A stretch of DNA of 64,000 nt, taken from Bryobacteraceae bacterium. Its GTDB lineage: Bacteria > Acidobacteriota > Terriglobia > Bryobacterales > Bryobacteraceae. The DNA is taken from positions 1,522-65,521 of the forward strand of contig DATNJC010000230.1 in assembly GCA_035604115.1 (NCBI GenBank), written 5' to 3'. The notes under the pieces are model-generated. The model was given only the letters and a program-made list of their open reading frames with translations. It made no database searches and was not told where the DNA came from. The translations under genes and the position numbers were made by a program. Positions 53,406 through 62,041 of this stretch are shown here, one piece after another (positions within the stretch are counted from its first letter, which is position 1; each line of letters starts with the position of its first letter).

Positions 53406-54635
53406 TCACCTCACGAAGAACGTTTTTTTATCCACCCCCGCGTCCACCGCCACATCGAAAAATCCGACCATCATCTCTTCCCAGCTCTGAAATCCGTACC
53501 AAACCTCGGCAGACGGATCGGGATTGCGCGGGTTGTTCGCGGAATTGTCGTAGGTCGCGATCCATTCCAGGCGTGTGCCGGCTTTGAGCAGCCGCGGCTG
53601 CGCCAGGCGATACGTCAGCTGCCAGTAGAAATCGTAGGGCCGCACGCGCAGCAGCGTTTCGGGCTGGCCGTCGGCGCGGACCAGCGTGTACTCGAATTCC
53701 TTGCCGCGCAGGTGCATGTGCGGGAAGAAGCCGACGAGCAGCGCGTCGTTGGGCAGGGTGCCCCACACAGTGACGCGGTAATCGCGCGCGCCGGGCGGGA
53801 TGAGGAAACGCGTGTTGTCCATTTGCAGCGTGAGAACGCGCTTGGCGGGCGGAGCGGCGGCGAACTGGATGCCGATCTGGGTGCGGTCGGCGAGGCGCTT
53901 GCCGGTGGGCGTGTAGTGGATTTCGAAAACCAGATCGGAGCCGGCCTTGATCAGCTTCGCCATGCCTGGCGGCTGCACATCGGGCGCGGAGCCGGGGGCG
54001 TAGACGTTCAGGATGTCGGCCTTGGTGGGGGTGTGCGTGGGATTGGGAAACGACGTGTCGCCAGGTTCGCGGATGTAGACGACGGCGTGATGGACCGCGG
54101 CGCGCGCGCTGGGGCGGACCTCGGATGCTTGCACCCAGCGGTCCTGCGCGAAGCCGGTAGGGACGACGAAGTATTGGTAGTCGAGCGAACCCTTGGCGGG
54201 GACTTCGAAAGCCCGGGCCGGCCCCAGGACCAGATCGGGAGCAGGGATGTTCCAGCCTTCGGTCCATGCGCGCGGCGGCGGAGCTTCGCGCGGGTCGCCT
54301 GCGCCTGCGCCGGTGGCGGCCCATTCCGCTAAGGTGTCGCGCTCGGCTGCGGTTAGCGATCGATCATTGGAGAACTTGCCGCAGCACGGGTCGGCGAACC
54401 AGGGAGGCATGCGGCGGCTGAGCACATCCTTGCGGATGGCGGCGGCCCAGGGGCGCGTTTCCTTAAACGTGGTGAACGCCATGGGCGCGATTTGCCCGGG
54501 CCGGTGACATTCCTGGCAGCGGGTTTCGAGGATGGGGAGCACGTCGCGATAGAAGGTGGGCGGGCTCGCGGCAGCGGCGGCTGCGCTGCAGACGAGCGCG
54601 ATCCAGAGGGCCAGGCGGTGAGCGCGGTCAAGCAT
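53406..54635 (-). CDS. Secreted heme-c (CxxCH) domain fused to a copper type II monooxygenase (PHM/DBH)-like domain
   Basis: 'LETRCQECHRPGQIAPM' is followed by His patterns 'AAVHHAVVY' and 'FFPHMHLRG', then Met-rich 'WEEMMVGF'. Confidence 0.65.
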   Translation of the reverse strand: MLDRAHRLALWIALVCSAAAAAASPPTFYRDVLPILETRCQECHRPGQIAPMAFTTFKETRPWAAAIRKDVLSRRMPPWFADPCCGKFSNDRSLTAAERDTLAEWAATGAGAGDPREAPPPRAWTEGWNIPAPDLVLGPARAFEVPAKGSLDYQYFVVPTGFAQDRWVQASEVRPSARAAVHHAVVYIREPGDTSFPNPTHTPTKADILNVYAPGSAPDVQPPGMAKLIKAGSDLVFEIHYTPTGKRLADRTQIGIQFAAAPPAKRVLTLQMDNTRFLIPPGARDYRVTVWGTLPNDALLVGFFPHMHLRGKEFEYTLVRADGQPETLLRVRPYDFYWQLTYRLAQPRLLKAGTRLEWIATYDNSANNPRNPDPSAEVWYGFQSWEEMMVGFFDVAVDAGVDKKTFFVR

Positions 54636-54972
54636 TCCTAGCGTCTGCGGCCTTCTGGATTCGCAAGGTGGTCACGTCGGACACCGCGATCAGGCCCTTG
54701 TCCATCATCTCTTCGAGCACGGGCAACAAGCGGGCGATGTTTTCGGCGGAGTCGACGATTTGGATCACGATGGGCAGGTCGTGCGCCAACAGGTGCGGCT
54801 TGTGAATCTCCGCGGATCCGCCGTAGCCTTCCAGGCCGCGGAAGACCGTCGCGCCGGCGATGTCCAACTTCCGGCAGGTTTCCACAATGGCCTCGTACAG
54901 CGGCTTGCCTTGATGGCGGTCGCGCTCGGTGAGGTGCAGGCGGAGGAGTTTAGCTGGCTGGTAGTGTTGCAT
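54628..54972 (-). CDS. DUF190 (PII-like, CrcB-associated) protein
   Basis: 'LRLHLTERDRHQGKPLYEAIVETCRKLDIAGATVFRGLEGYG'. Confidence 0.8.
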   Translation of the reverse strand: MQHYQPAKLLRLHLTERDRHQGKPLYEAIVETCRKLDIAGATVFRGLEGYGGSAEIHKPHLLAHDLPIVIQIVDSAENIARLLPVLEEMMDKGLIAVSDVTTLRIQKAADARNA

Positions 54973-55690
54973 CGGGAGCCTCCGGCGGGGACGGGGAGTG
55001 GACCAGACGAACGATGTCGACTTCGGAGAGAACGATCAGACCGTCCGACAACATATCTTCGATCGCTTCGGCGGCCGGAGTGAGTTTCTCGGCCGTGTCG
55101 ACGACGGCGATCATGATGGGGAGGTCGCGGCTGTTGTGCAGCAGGTGCTCCTTATGCGTGTGGCCTTTGGCGCCGTAGCCCAGGATGCCGCGATACACCG
55201 TGGCTCCGGAGATGTCCATCATGCGCAGATGCTTGACGATCGCGTCGTAGAGCGGTTCGCCGTTCCAGCGGTCGGCTTCGCCGAGGTAGATGCGCATCAT
55301 CTGGGCTTTGCCGGCCTTGCGCTGGTGCGGCGGCTTGGGCTCGGACGCCGGTTTATGCTTTTCCTTCCGGGCAATCTTGACCACCGTGGTGTCCTGAACT
55401 TCGATCAGGCCGTCGGTGACCATATCGTAGAGCGCCGGCAGGAGTTCTTCCAGTCTTTCGGCGGTTTCGATGAACTCGATGCGGACGGGCAGGTGTTCGG
55501 CCATGGCCTCGACCTTGGGCGTGTGCATCACGCGATGGGCGCCGAATCCGGCCATGGCGCGGGTAGCGGTGGCGCCGGAGACGCCTTTGTGCATCAGGAA
55601 CGCCAGGATGCGTTCGTAGAGAGAAGTGAAATGCTCCTGAGTGTCTTCGTTGACGTAAATCGTGACTTTTTTTGCCGTGCCCTTTAACAT
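54950..55690 (-). CDS. Tandem double DUF190 protein
   Basis: Two repeats of the 'vtIYvnEdd...plyeaIv..l...gisGATv.rg..GfG' pattern. Start is ATG 55690. Confidence 0.8.
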   Translation of the reverse strand: MLKGTAKKVTIYVNEDTQEHFTSLYERILAFLMHKGVSGATATRAMAGFGAHRVMHTPKVEAMAEHLPVRIEFIETAERLEELLPALYDMVTDGLIEVQDTTVVKIARKEKHKPASEPKPPHQRKAGKAQMMRIYLGEADRWNGEPLYDAIVKHLRMMDISGATVYRGILGYGAKGHTHKEHLLHNSRDLPIMIAVVDTAEKLTPAAEAIEDMLSDGLIVLSEVDIVRLVHSPSPPEAPDATLPAS

Positions 55691-55712
55691 TTGAGTCGCT
55701 CTTATTTTGCCG

Positions 55713-56087
55713 TCAGCGTCGGCCAGCCACAAGCACTCCCAGCCACACCGCGAAATAGCCCAGCAGCACGCTGCCCAGCACGTTCAGAAGGCCGAGCCAC
55801 AATGCGCCGCCGCGCACCAGACCGAAGGTCTCCCACTCAAAACTCGAAAACGTAGTGTAGCCACCGAGCACTCCGACCACCAAGCCGAGTTGCCAGTTGG
55901 GGTGCGGGTTCAGGCGTTGGGTCAGCAGCGTCATGGTGAAGCCGATCAGGAACGATCCGGTGACGTTGATGAAGAACGTTCCCAAGGGGAAGGGCCCGCC
56001 CACGCGGCTCATGATGGCGGTTCCGATCAGATAACGGGCCAAGGATCCGGTGGCTCCGCCTAGCATCACGACTAAATATCGGTCCAA
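55713..56087 (-). CDS. crcB: Fluoride channel CrcB/FluC
   Basis: RBS ggagg plus TTG at 56087. 'LVVMLGGATGSLARYL...GTFFINVTGSFLIGF...GGYTTFSSFEWE'. Confidence 0.9.
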   Translation of the reverse strand: MDRYLVVMLGGATGSLARYLIGTAIMSRVGGPFPLGTFFINVTGSFLIGFTMTLLTQRLNPHPNWQLGLVVGVLGGYTTFSSFEWETFGLVRGGALWLGLLNVLGSVLLGYFAVWLGVLVAGRR

Positions 56088-56171
56088 ACTGACCTCCCTC
56101 CAGTCCAGGGTAGTGGATTGATCGCGGCTTCGCGGGGATCGCCCCGCGGGATGAGCAGGTAGAATGGCAGA

Positions 56172-57623
56172 GTGATCCGCCGCGTCGTGCGACTTCTTGT
56201 GTCGGTCGGGAGCGTGACGTTGATTACCTTCATCGGGTTTCGTCTGGTCCCTTTTAACGCCACCGCACAAGGTTTTGCATATCTCCTGCTGATATTGATC
56301 CTGGCGAGCTACATCGGGTTCACGGAGGCCTGTGTGGCGTCGGTGGCCGCGGTGCTGGCGTTCAATTACTTCTTCCTGGAACCGATCCTCACCTTCACCA
56401 TTGCGGACCCGCGCAATTGGGTGGCCCTGTTCAGTTTCCTGGTGACGTCCCTCATCGCCAGCAGCTTGTCGACGAAAGGCAAACAGCGGGCGCTGGACGC
56501 CCTGGCGCGGCAACAGGACTTGGAGCGGTTGTATTCCTTCAGCCGCGCGATTCTGCTGATCGATCCAGCGGAGCCGTTTCCCAAGCAACTCGCCCAGAAA
56601 ACGGCTGACATCTTTTTGCTGAGCGCGGTGGTGTTGTACGAACGCCGCAGCGACGAATTCTATCGCGCGGGTCCGAATGACTTTGAGGGTCTGGACGATC
56701 AGCTCCGGGAAGCCGCGTTGCTCGGCACGTCGTTCGCCGATGCACAACACGGCCGCACCATTACCGCGGTGCGGCTGGGCGCGGAACCCATCGCGGCGCT
56801 GGCCTTACAAGGCGCGCGCATGCCGGACGCAATGGTGCAAGGGATCGCCAACCTGGTAGCGATCGGTCTCGAACGGGCGCACGCGCAGGACTTGACGGCC
56901 CAGATGGAAGCCGTGCGGCAAAGCGAAGCGCTGCGAACCACGATCATCGATGCCATGGCTCACGAACTCAAGACGCCCTTGACCTCCATCATGGCGGCGA
57001 CGACCGCGCTTCTGGGGGACTCTCAACAACCGGACTCCCAGCAAAGCGCCGAAAGCAGGATGGAACTGATCCGGATTGCCGATGAAGAGGCCCGGCACTT
57101 GAAAAGCCTGATCGAGGAATCGCTGGAGATGGCACGCCTGGATACCTCGAACATTCAGGTGAAGCCCGAACCATCCGATGTCTGCGAGGTAGTGCGCGAT
57201 GTGATGGCCGGAATGCGGCGCGAGATCGACAGCCGGCCTATCGATTTCGTCTGCGGCGAGCGCCCGTACACCATCGCCATCGACCGGAGGCTGATGCGGC
57301 TGGCCATCAAGCAACTGGTTGACAATGCCCTGAAGTATTCTCCGCCGGATCAGCCGGTGAAGATCGAAGTACGGGACGGCAACGGAGCCATCACGATCGC
57401 GGTGACGGATCATGGCAAAGGAATCCCCGCGCAGGAACAGAAACGGATCTTCGAGCGCCTGTACCGGAGCCCCACGGTGCAGCATCGAATCCCGGGTTCC
57501 GGCCTGGGCTTGAGCATTGCCCGGGACATCGTGCAGGCGCACCAGGGCGACTTGAGCGTGACCAGCCATCCGGGCGAGACAACCTTCCGCTTGACGTTGC
57601 CCGAACAAGGAGCCAAGCAGTGA
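56172..57623 (+). CDS. kdpD: KdpD-like sensor histidine kinase lacking the N-terminal KdpD/Usp sensor domains
   Basis: Begins at the DUF4118-type TM block ('AFNYFFLEPILTFTIADPRNWVALFSFLVTSLI'). This is followed by HisKA ('MAHELKTPLTSI') and HATPase ('GSGLGLSIARDIV'). Only 483 aa. Confidence 0.8.
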   Translation: MIRRVVRLLVSVGSVTLITFIGFRLVPFNATAQGFAYLLLILILASYIGFTEACVASVAAVLAFNYFFLEPILTFTIADPRNWVALFSFLVTSLIASSLSTKGKQRALDALARQQDLERLYSFSRAILLIDPAEPFPKQLAQKTADIFLLSAVVLYERRSDEFYRAGPNDFEGLDDQLREAALLGTSFADAQHGRTITAVRLGAEPIAALALQGARMPDAMVQGIANLVAIGLERAHAQDLTAQMEAVRQSEALRTTIIDAMAHELKTPLTSIMAATTALLGDSQQPDSQQSAESRMELIRIADEEARHLKSLIEESLEMARLDTSNIQVKPEPSDVCEVVRDVMAGMRREIDSRPIDFVCGERPYTIAIDRRLMRLAIKQLVDNALKYSPPDQPVKIEVRDGNGAITIAVTDHGKGIPAQEQKRIFERLYRSPTVQHRIPGSGLGLSIARDIVQAHQGDLSVTSHPGETTFRLTLPEQGAKQ

Positions 57624-58318
57624 GCAAAGGTCGAATCCTGGTGGTGGATGACGAACCTCAAATCCGCCGGATTATGCGGGTGACGCTAACCAGCGCCGGC
57701 TACGAGGTGGAGGATTCCAAGACCGGCGAGGAGGCGCTGGGCAAGCTGCGGGAGTTTCGCCCCGATTTGGTTTTGCTGGACATCAACATGCCCGGCATGG
57801 GTGGATTAGAAGCCTGCCGGGCCATCCGGACCGACTCCAGCGTCGCGGTCATCATGCTCACCGTCAACGACACGGAAGCGGCCAAAGTCGAAGCTCTGGA
57901 CGCCGGCGCGGACGACTTTGTCACCAAGCCGTTCAGCACGCCCGAACTGTTGGCGCGCATCCGGGCCGCGCTGCGCCGGTTGCCGGTGACTCAGTCGGCG
58001 CCGAACCGTTTGGAATTCGGCGAACTCAGCATCGACTTCGCCGCGCGAACTGTGTCCATGAAGGGAACCGAAGCGCACCTGACTCCGAAGGAACTGGACT
58101 TGCTTCGTTACTTGACGCAGCACCCCAATCAGGCGTTGTCGCACCGAGCGCTGCTGCAGGCCGTGTGGGGCCCCGACTACGGCGACCAGGTGGACTACTT
58201 GCGGGCGTTCATCCGGAACCTGCGCAAGAAAATCGAGCCGAATCCGGAGCGGCCTCAATACATTACAACGGAACCTTGGGTGGGCTACCGTTTCAACGTA
58301 GTAGCGGAATCTTCATAG
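57620..58318 (+). CDS. kdpE: OmpR-family response regulator KdpE
   Basis: 'ILVVDDEPQIRR...DLVLLDINMPGMGG' receiver domain plus a winged-helix 'LTPKELDLLRYL'. Overlaps the kdpD stop. Confidence 0.88.
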   Translation: MSKGRILVVDDEPQIRRIMRVTLTSAGYEVEDSKTGEEALGKLREFRPDLVLLDINMPGMGGLEACRAIRTDSSVAVIMLTVNDTEAAKVEALDAGADDFVTKPFSTPELLARIRAALRRLPVTQSAPNRLEFGELSIDFAARTVSMKGTEAHLTPKELDLLRYLTQHPNQALSHRALLQAVWGPDYGDQVDYLRAFIRNLRKKIEPNPERPQYITTEPWVGYRFNVVAESS

Positions 58319-58386
58319 CTTCTTCACGTCTTTTCGATGACTTCTTCACTCCTTCCGGTCTAAGTTTGGAAGGGGCGGAAACCACG

Positions 58387-59346
58387 ATGTCTTCGGTCCA
58401 GACCGGCAAGCAGCTCGACCACTACATTATTGGAGAACTCATTGCGCGCACCGACACAGCTTCGATCTATCGCGGCGCGGATGTTCGTTCGGGCCGCCCC
58501 GTCGCTCTCAAGGTGCCGCACCCGGAGGTGGAGGGCGACCTGTTGTTCTACAACCGTTTTCTCCGCGAGCAGCAAATCTGCGAAACGCTGGACCATCCGG
58601 CCGTGGTGAAGGGGTTCGCAGACCCGAAGCGCAGCCAAATCTACATCGCAATGGAATTGGCGCCGGGACGGCTGCTTCGCGAGATCCTGCACGAGCAGGG
58701 AAAACTGCCGCCGGATCGGGCCGTGAGGATCGTCATAGCGATTTGCGAGGCGCTGGACTATATTCACGAGCAAGGCATCGTGCATCGCGATCTGAAGCCG
58801 GAAAACCTTCTGGTGGATGCCGGTGATCGGGTGAAGCTGGTCGACTTTGGCATCGCCGCCCAGGCGGGGGCGCGCCGGCTGACGTTCGGCAAGCTCTCCA
58901 ACATTATGGGCACGCCCGATTACATCTCTCCCGAACAGGTGAAGGGAAAACGCGGCGACCAGCGCGCCGACATTTATGCGCTCGGAGTCATGTTGTACGA
59001 AATGTTGACCGGGGAGATACCGTTTCCTGGAACTACTGCTCTGCTTCGCATGAACAGCCGGCTGGCGAACCAGCCCGTCCCGCCGCGAGCGATCGATTCG
59101 AGCATCACCCCAGAACTGCAGGAGATCGTCTGCCGCGCGCTCGAACGAGAGCCGCGCAACCGTTACGCCGACGCTCGCGAACTGGCGAACGATCTGCGGC
59201 ATCCAGACCGGGTCCGGGTGGTGGAGCGCCAGGAGTTGCCGGGGCAACCCGTGCCTTGGGCGCGCAGGCCCTGGTTTTACGGGATGCTGCTAGCGATTCC
59301 AGCTGTCATTTTCGGACTTCTGATCTTGGTCGCGCGACAAAGTTAG
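58387..59346 (+). CDS. Ser/Thr protein kinase with a C-terminal TM anchor
   Basis: 'VALKV', 'HRDLKPENLLV', 'DFGIA' and 'GTPDYISPEQ' Hanks motifs. Tail 'WFYGMLLAIPAVIFGLLILVA'. Confidence 0.9.
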   Translation: MSSVQTGKQLDHYIIGELIARTDTASIYRGADVRSGRPVALKVPHPEVEGDLLFYNRFLREQQICETLDHPAVVKGFADPKRSQIYIAMELAPGRLLREILHEQGKLPPDRAVRIVIAICEALDYIHEQGIVHRDLKPENLLVDAGDRVKLVDFGIAAQAGARRLTFGKLSNIMGTPDYISPEQVKGKRGDQRADIYALGVMLYEMLTGEIPFPGTTALLRMNSRLANQPVPPRAIDSSITPELQEIVCRALEREPRNRYADARELANDLRHPDRVRVVERQELPGQPVPWARRPWFYGMLLAIPAVIFGLLILVARQS

Positions 59347-59575
59347 TCTTTCTCGAGGAATCTCCTTCACCCGTTTGCACCCGCAACCTGAGTGAAATGA
59401 CCCAATCTTGCTGCAGCGCAATGGCCACCGACAACTCCTCCGCAGTCTTCAGCCCAGCGCGGCTGAGCGGGCGGAGTGGCCATCGGCGTGCCTCGATGTC
59501 GGGCGACTAGGGTATTCATGAACTCTTTATAGCTTCTCGATGACTTATTTAGGCTCTTTCGCGTAAGCTTCGATT

Positions 59576-60052
59576 GTGGGAGCACGAGATACCATGGCCC
59601 TCGAAAAGATCCTGGCCCCGGCTGCGCACTCCGCGGCGCAGTCAAGAACAACCGAAACCGAGCGGAAGCTAAATATCGCAGTAGTGTTTACCTCGCCGGA
59701 GGCGACGCTTGCAGCGATTAAAGAGGCGGGAAAGCTGGCGGAGAATTTGAGCGCCAGGCTCGAACTGGTGGTGGCCCAGGTGGTGCCTTTTCCGCTCCCT
59801 CTGGAGAGTCCACCGGTCTTGATCGAGTTCAGCGAGAACCGGCTCCGGGAAATCGCCAGCCAGAGTCCGGTGGAGACCACCGTGCGCATCTATCTCTGCC
59901 GCGATAGCGGGGAAACTCTGGCGAAAGTCTTGAAACCCGCTTCGGTGGTGGTTCTGGGTGGACGCCGAAGATGGTGGCCAACGCGGGAATCCGCTTTGGC
60001 ACGCAAACTGCAAAAAGCAGGGCACGAAGTTGTGTTCAAAGAAATGGAGTAA
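59576..60052 (+). CDS. Universal-stress-protein-fold-like hypothetical protein
   Basis: 'LNIAVVFTSPEATLAAIKEAGKLA...LELVVAQVV' and 'ASVVVLGGRRRWWPTRESALARKLQKAGHEVVF' resemble the USP/ETFP adenine-nucleotide hydrolase fold. Confidence 0.5.
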   Translation: MGARDTMALEKILAPAAHSAAQSRTTETERKLNIAVVFTSPEATLAAIKEAGKLAENLSARLELVVAQVVPFPLPLESPPVLIEFSENRLREIASQSPVETTVRIYLCRDSGETLAKVLKPASVVVLGGRRRWWPTRESALARKLQKAGHEVVFKEME

Positions 60053-60058
60053 GCACCA

Positions 60059-60142
60059 ATGCTGGATCTGTTCTATCTCGCCGTGGGCTGCGTGGCTCTG
60101 TTGTTGTGCTGGGCCTTCACCAAGGCCTGCGACAAACTCTAG
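60059..60142 (+). CDS. 27-aa hydrophobic peptide upstream of kdpF (hypothetical)
   Basis: 'MLDLFYLAVGCVALLLCWAFTKACDKL'. Below the ORF-track length cutoff and read manually. Confidence 0.35.
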   Translation: MLDLFYLAVGCVALLLCWAFTKACDKL

Positions 60143-60150
60143 GAAGGAAT

Positions 60151-60234
60151 ATGGATTACATCATAGCGGGTATCACATCGCTGGGATTATTCGCGTACTT
60201 GATTTACGCGCTGCTTCGTCCCGAGAAATTCTGA
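60151..60234 (+). CDS. kdpF: K+-transporting ATPase subunit F
   Basis: '[27 protein letters not shown]' matches the KdpF consensus ending (YLxYALLrPErF). RBS aggaagg. Confidence 0.85.
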   Translation: MDYIIAGITSLGLFAYLIYALLRPEKF

Positions 60235-60241
60235 GGTTTCC

Positions 60242-62038
60242 ATGACTAGTAATGGCGTGTTACAAATCGCGTTCTTTTTGGGCATCATCCTGGCGTGCGC
60301 CAAGCCGCTGGGCGCCTACATGGCGAGAGTGTTCGAAGGTGAGCGCACCTTCATGCATCCCGTCCTGCGGTGGCTGGAGGTTTTGACCTACAAGGTCATC
60401 GGCGTTCGCGAAGAAGTCGAGCAACGCTGGACGCAATACACCGCGGCCTTGCTGAGCTTCAGCATCTTCGGATTCCTGCTGACCTACGCGCTGCAACGGT
60501 TGCAAGGCGTGCTGCCGCTGAATCCGCAGGGATTCGGGACGGCGCAGGTCAGCCCCGACTTGGCTTTCAACACCGCCGCGAGCTTTGTCACGAATACGAA
60601 CTGGCAGGCCTACACCGGAGAAGCGACCATGAGCTACTTCGTGCAAATGGCGGCCTTGGCGGTTCAAAACTTCGCGTCGGCTGCCGCGGGAATCGCAGTC
60701 GCCATCGCCCTGGTGCGCGGGTTTGCGCGTCAGGAGAAGAAAACCGTCGGTAATTTCTGGGTCGACGTGACCCGCGCGACGTTGTACGTGCTGTTGCCGC
60801 TGTCGATCATCGCCGGCTTATTGTACTGCTCCCAGGGTGTGATTCAGAATCTGAAACCGTACACGACGGTGACCACGGTGGAGGGCGGGAAACAGATCAT
60901 CGCTCAAGGGCCGGTCGCGTCGCAAGAGGCGATCAAGCAACTGGGGACCAATGGCGGCGGTTTCTTCAACGCCAATTCCGCGCATCCTTTCGAAAATCCG
61001 ACTCCGCTGAGCAATCTGCTGGCGATGGTTCTCATTTTCCTGATCCCCGGCGCACTGACGTACACCTTCGGAAAGATGATCGGGGATACGCGCCAAGGCT
61101 GGGCCATCTTTGCCGCGTTCTCGGTGATGTTTTTGATCGGCGCGTTTGTCGCCTACCACTACGAGCAGGTGGGCAATCCGATGATGACCAACCTGGGGAT
61201 CCAGAACGCCGCGACCGCGGGCCAGCCGGGCGGCAACATGGAAGGCAAGGAAGTCCGGTTCGGGATCGTGAACTCGGCTCTGTTCGCTACCGTCACCACG
61301 GACGCCAGTTGCGGCGCGATCAATAGCTGGCACGACAGCTTCACCGCGCTGGGCGGGCTGGTCCCGCTGTTCAACATGATGACCGGTGAAGTGATTTTCG
61401 GCGGTGTGGGCGCCGGACTATACGGGGTTTTGCTGTACTGCATTGTGGCGGTGTTCATCGCGGGATTGATGGTCGGCCGCACGCCTGAATATCTCGGCAA
61501 GAAGATCGAGCAGAAAGAAGTCAAGATGGCCATGCTGGCGATCATCGCGACGGCCTTCAGCATTCTGGTGTTCAGCGCGATCTCTACGGTCGTCAATTTC
61601 CAAGCCAAGGGTTATTGGAACCCGCCGGGCGCGGCGATCGCCAACACCAACAATAATGGACCGCATGGCTTTAGCGAGGTGCTGTACGCGTATGTCAGCA
61701 GCACGGCCAATAATGGAAGCGCCTTCGCCGGGTTGAATGTGAATACTCCTTGGTACAATCTCACGACCGGGTTGGCTCAGGTGATTGGGCGCTTCCTGTT
61801 TCTGATCCCCTTGCTGGCGGTTGCCGGCAGTCTGGCGGCCAAAAAGAAAGTCCCGGTCACAGCCGGGACGTTCCCCACTCACGGTCCCTTGTTCGTCGGA
61901 CTGTTGGTGGGCACGGTGCTGATCGTCGGAGCGCTTACGTTCTTCCCGGCGCTCTCTCTCGGTCCGATCGTGGAGCATCTTTTGATGCAGAGCGGGAAGC
62001 TGTTCTCCATGCTTCCGTTGACGCACCTTTGGAGTTAA
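60242..62038 (+). CDS. kdpA: K+-transporting ATPase subunit A
   Basis: 598 aa and polytopic. '[11 protein letters not shown]', '[21 protein letters not shown]' and '[10 protein letters not shown]'. Confidence 0.95.
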   Translation: MTSNGVLQIAFFLGIILACAKPLGAYMARVFEGERTFMHPVLRWLEVLTYKVIGVREEVEQRWTQYTAALLSFSIFGFLLTYALQRLQGVLPLNPQGFGTAQVSPDLAFNTAASFVTNTNWQAYTGEATMSYFVQMAALAVQNFASAAAGIAVAIALVRGFARQEKKTVGNFWVDVTRATLYVLLPLSIIAGLLYCSQGVIQNLKPYTTVTTVEGGKQIIAQGPVASQEAIKQLGTNGGGFFNANSAHPFENPTPLSNLLAMVLIFLIPGALTYTFGKMIGDTRQGWAIFAAFSVMFLIGAFVAYHYEQVGNPMMTNLGIQNAATAGQPGGNMEGKEVRFGIVNSALFATVTTDASCGAINSWHDSFTALGGLVPLFNMMTGEVIFGGVGAGLYGVLLYCIVAVFIAGLMVGRTPEYLGKKIEQKEVKMAMLAIIATAFSILVFSAISTVVNFQAKGYWNPPGAAIANTNNNGPHGFSEVLYAYVSSTANNGSAFAGLNVNTPWYNLTTGLAQVIGRFLFLIPLLAVAGSLAAKKKVPVTAGTFPTHGPLFVGLLVGTVLIVGALTFFPALSLGPIVEHLLMQSGKLFSMLPLTHLWS

Positions 62039-62041
62039 GCC

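Noticed and set aside
56088-56171. Fluoride (crcB-motif) riboswitch upstream of crcB
   Set aside because: A 'GGCGAU' and a '...AAUCCACUAC' stretch are present. The P1 loop/pseudoknot partner and the P3 hairpin of the consensus are missing, and the hairpin has only a 4-nt loop. I cannot support the call without an Infernal scan.
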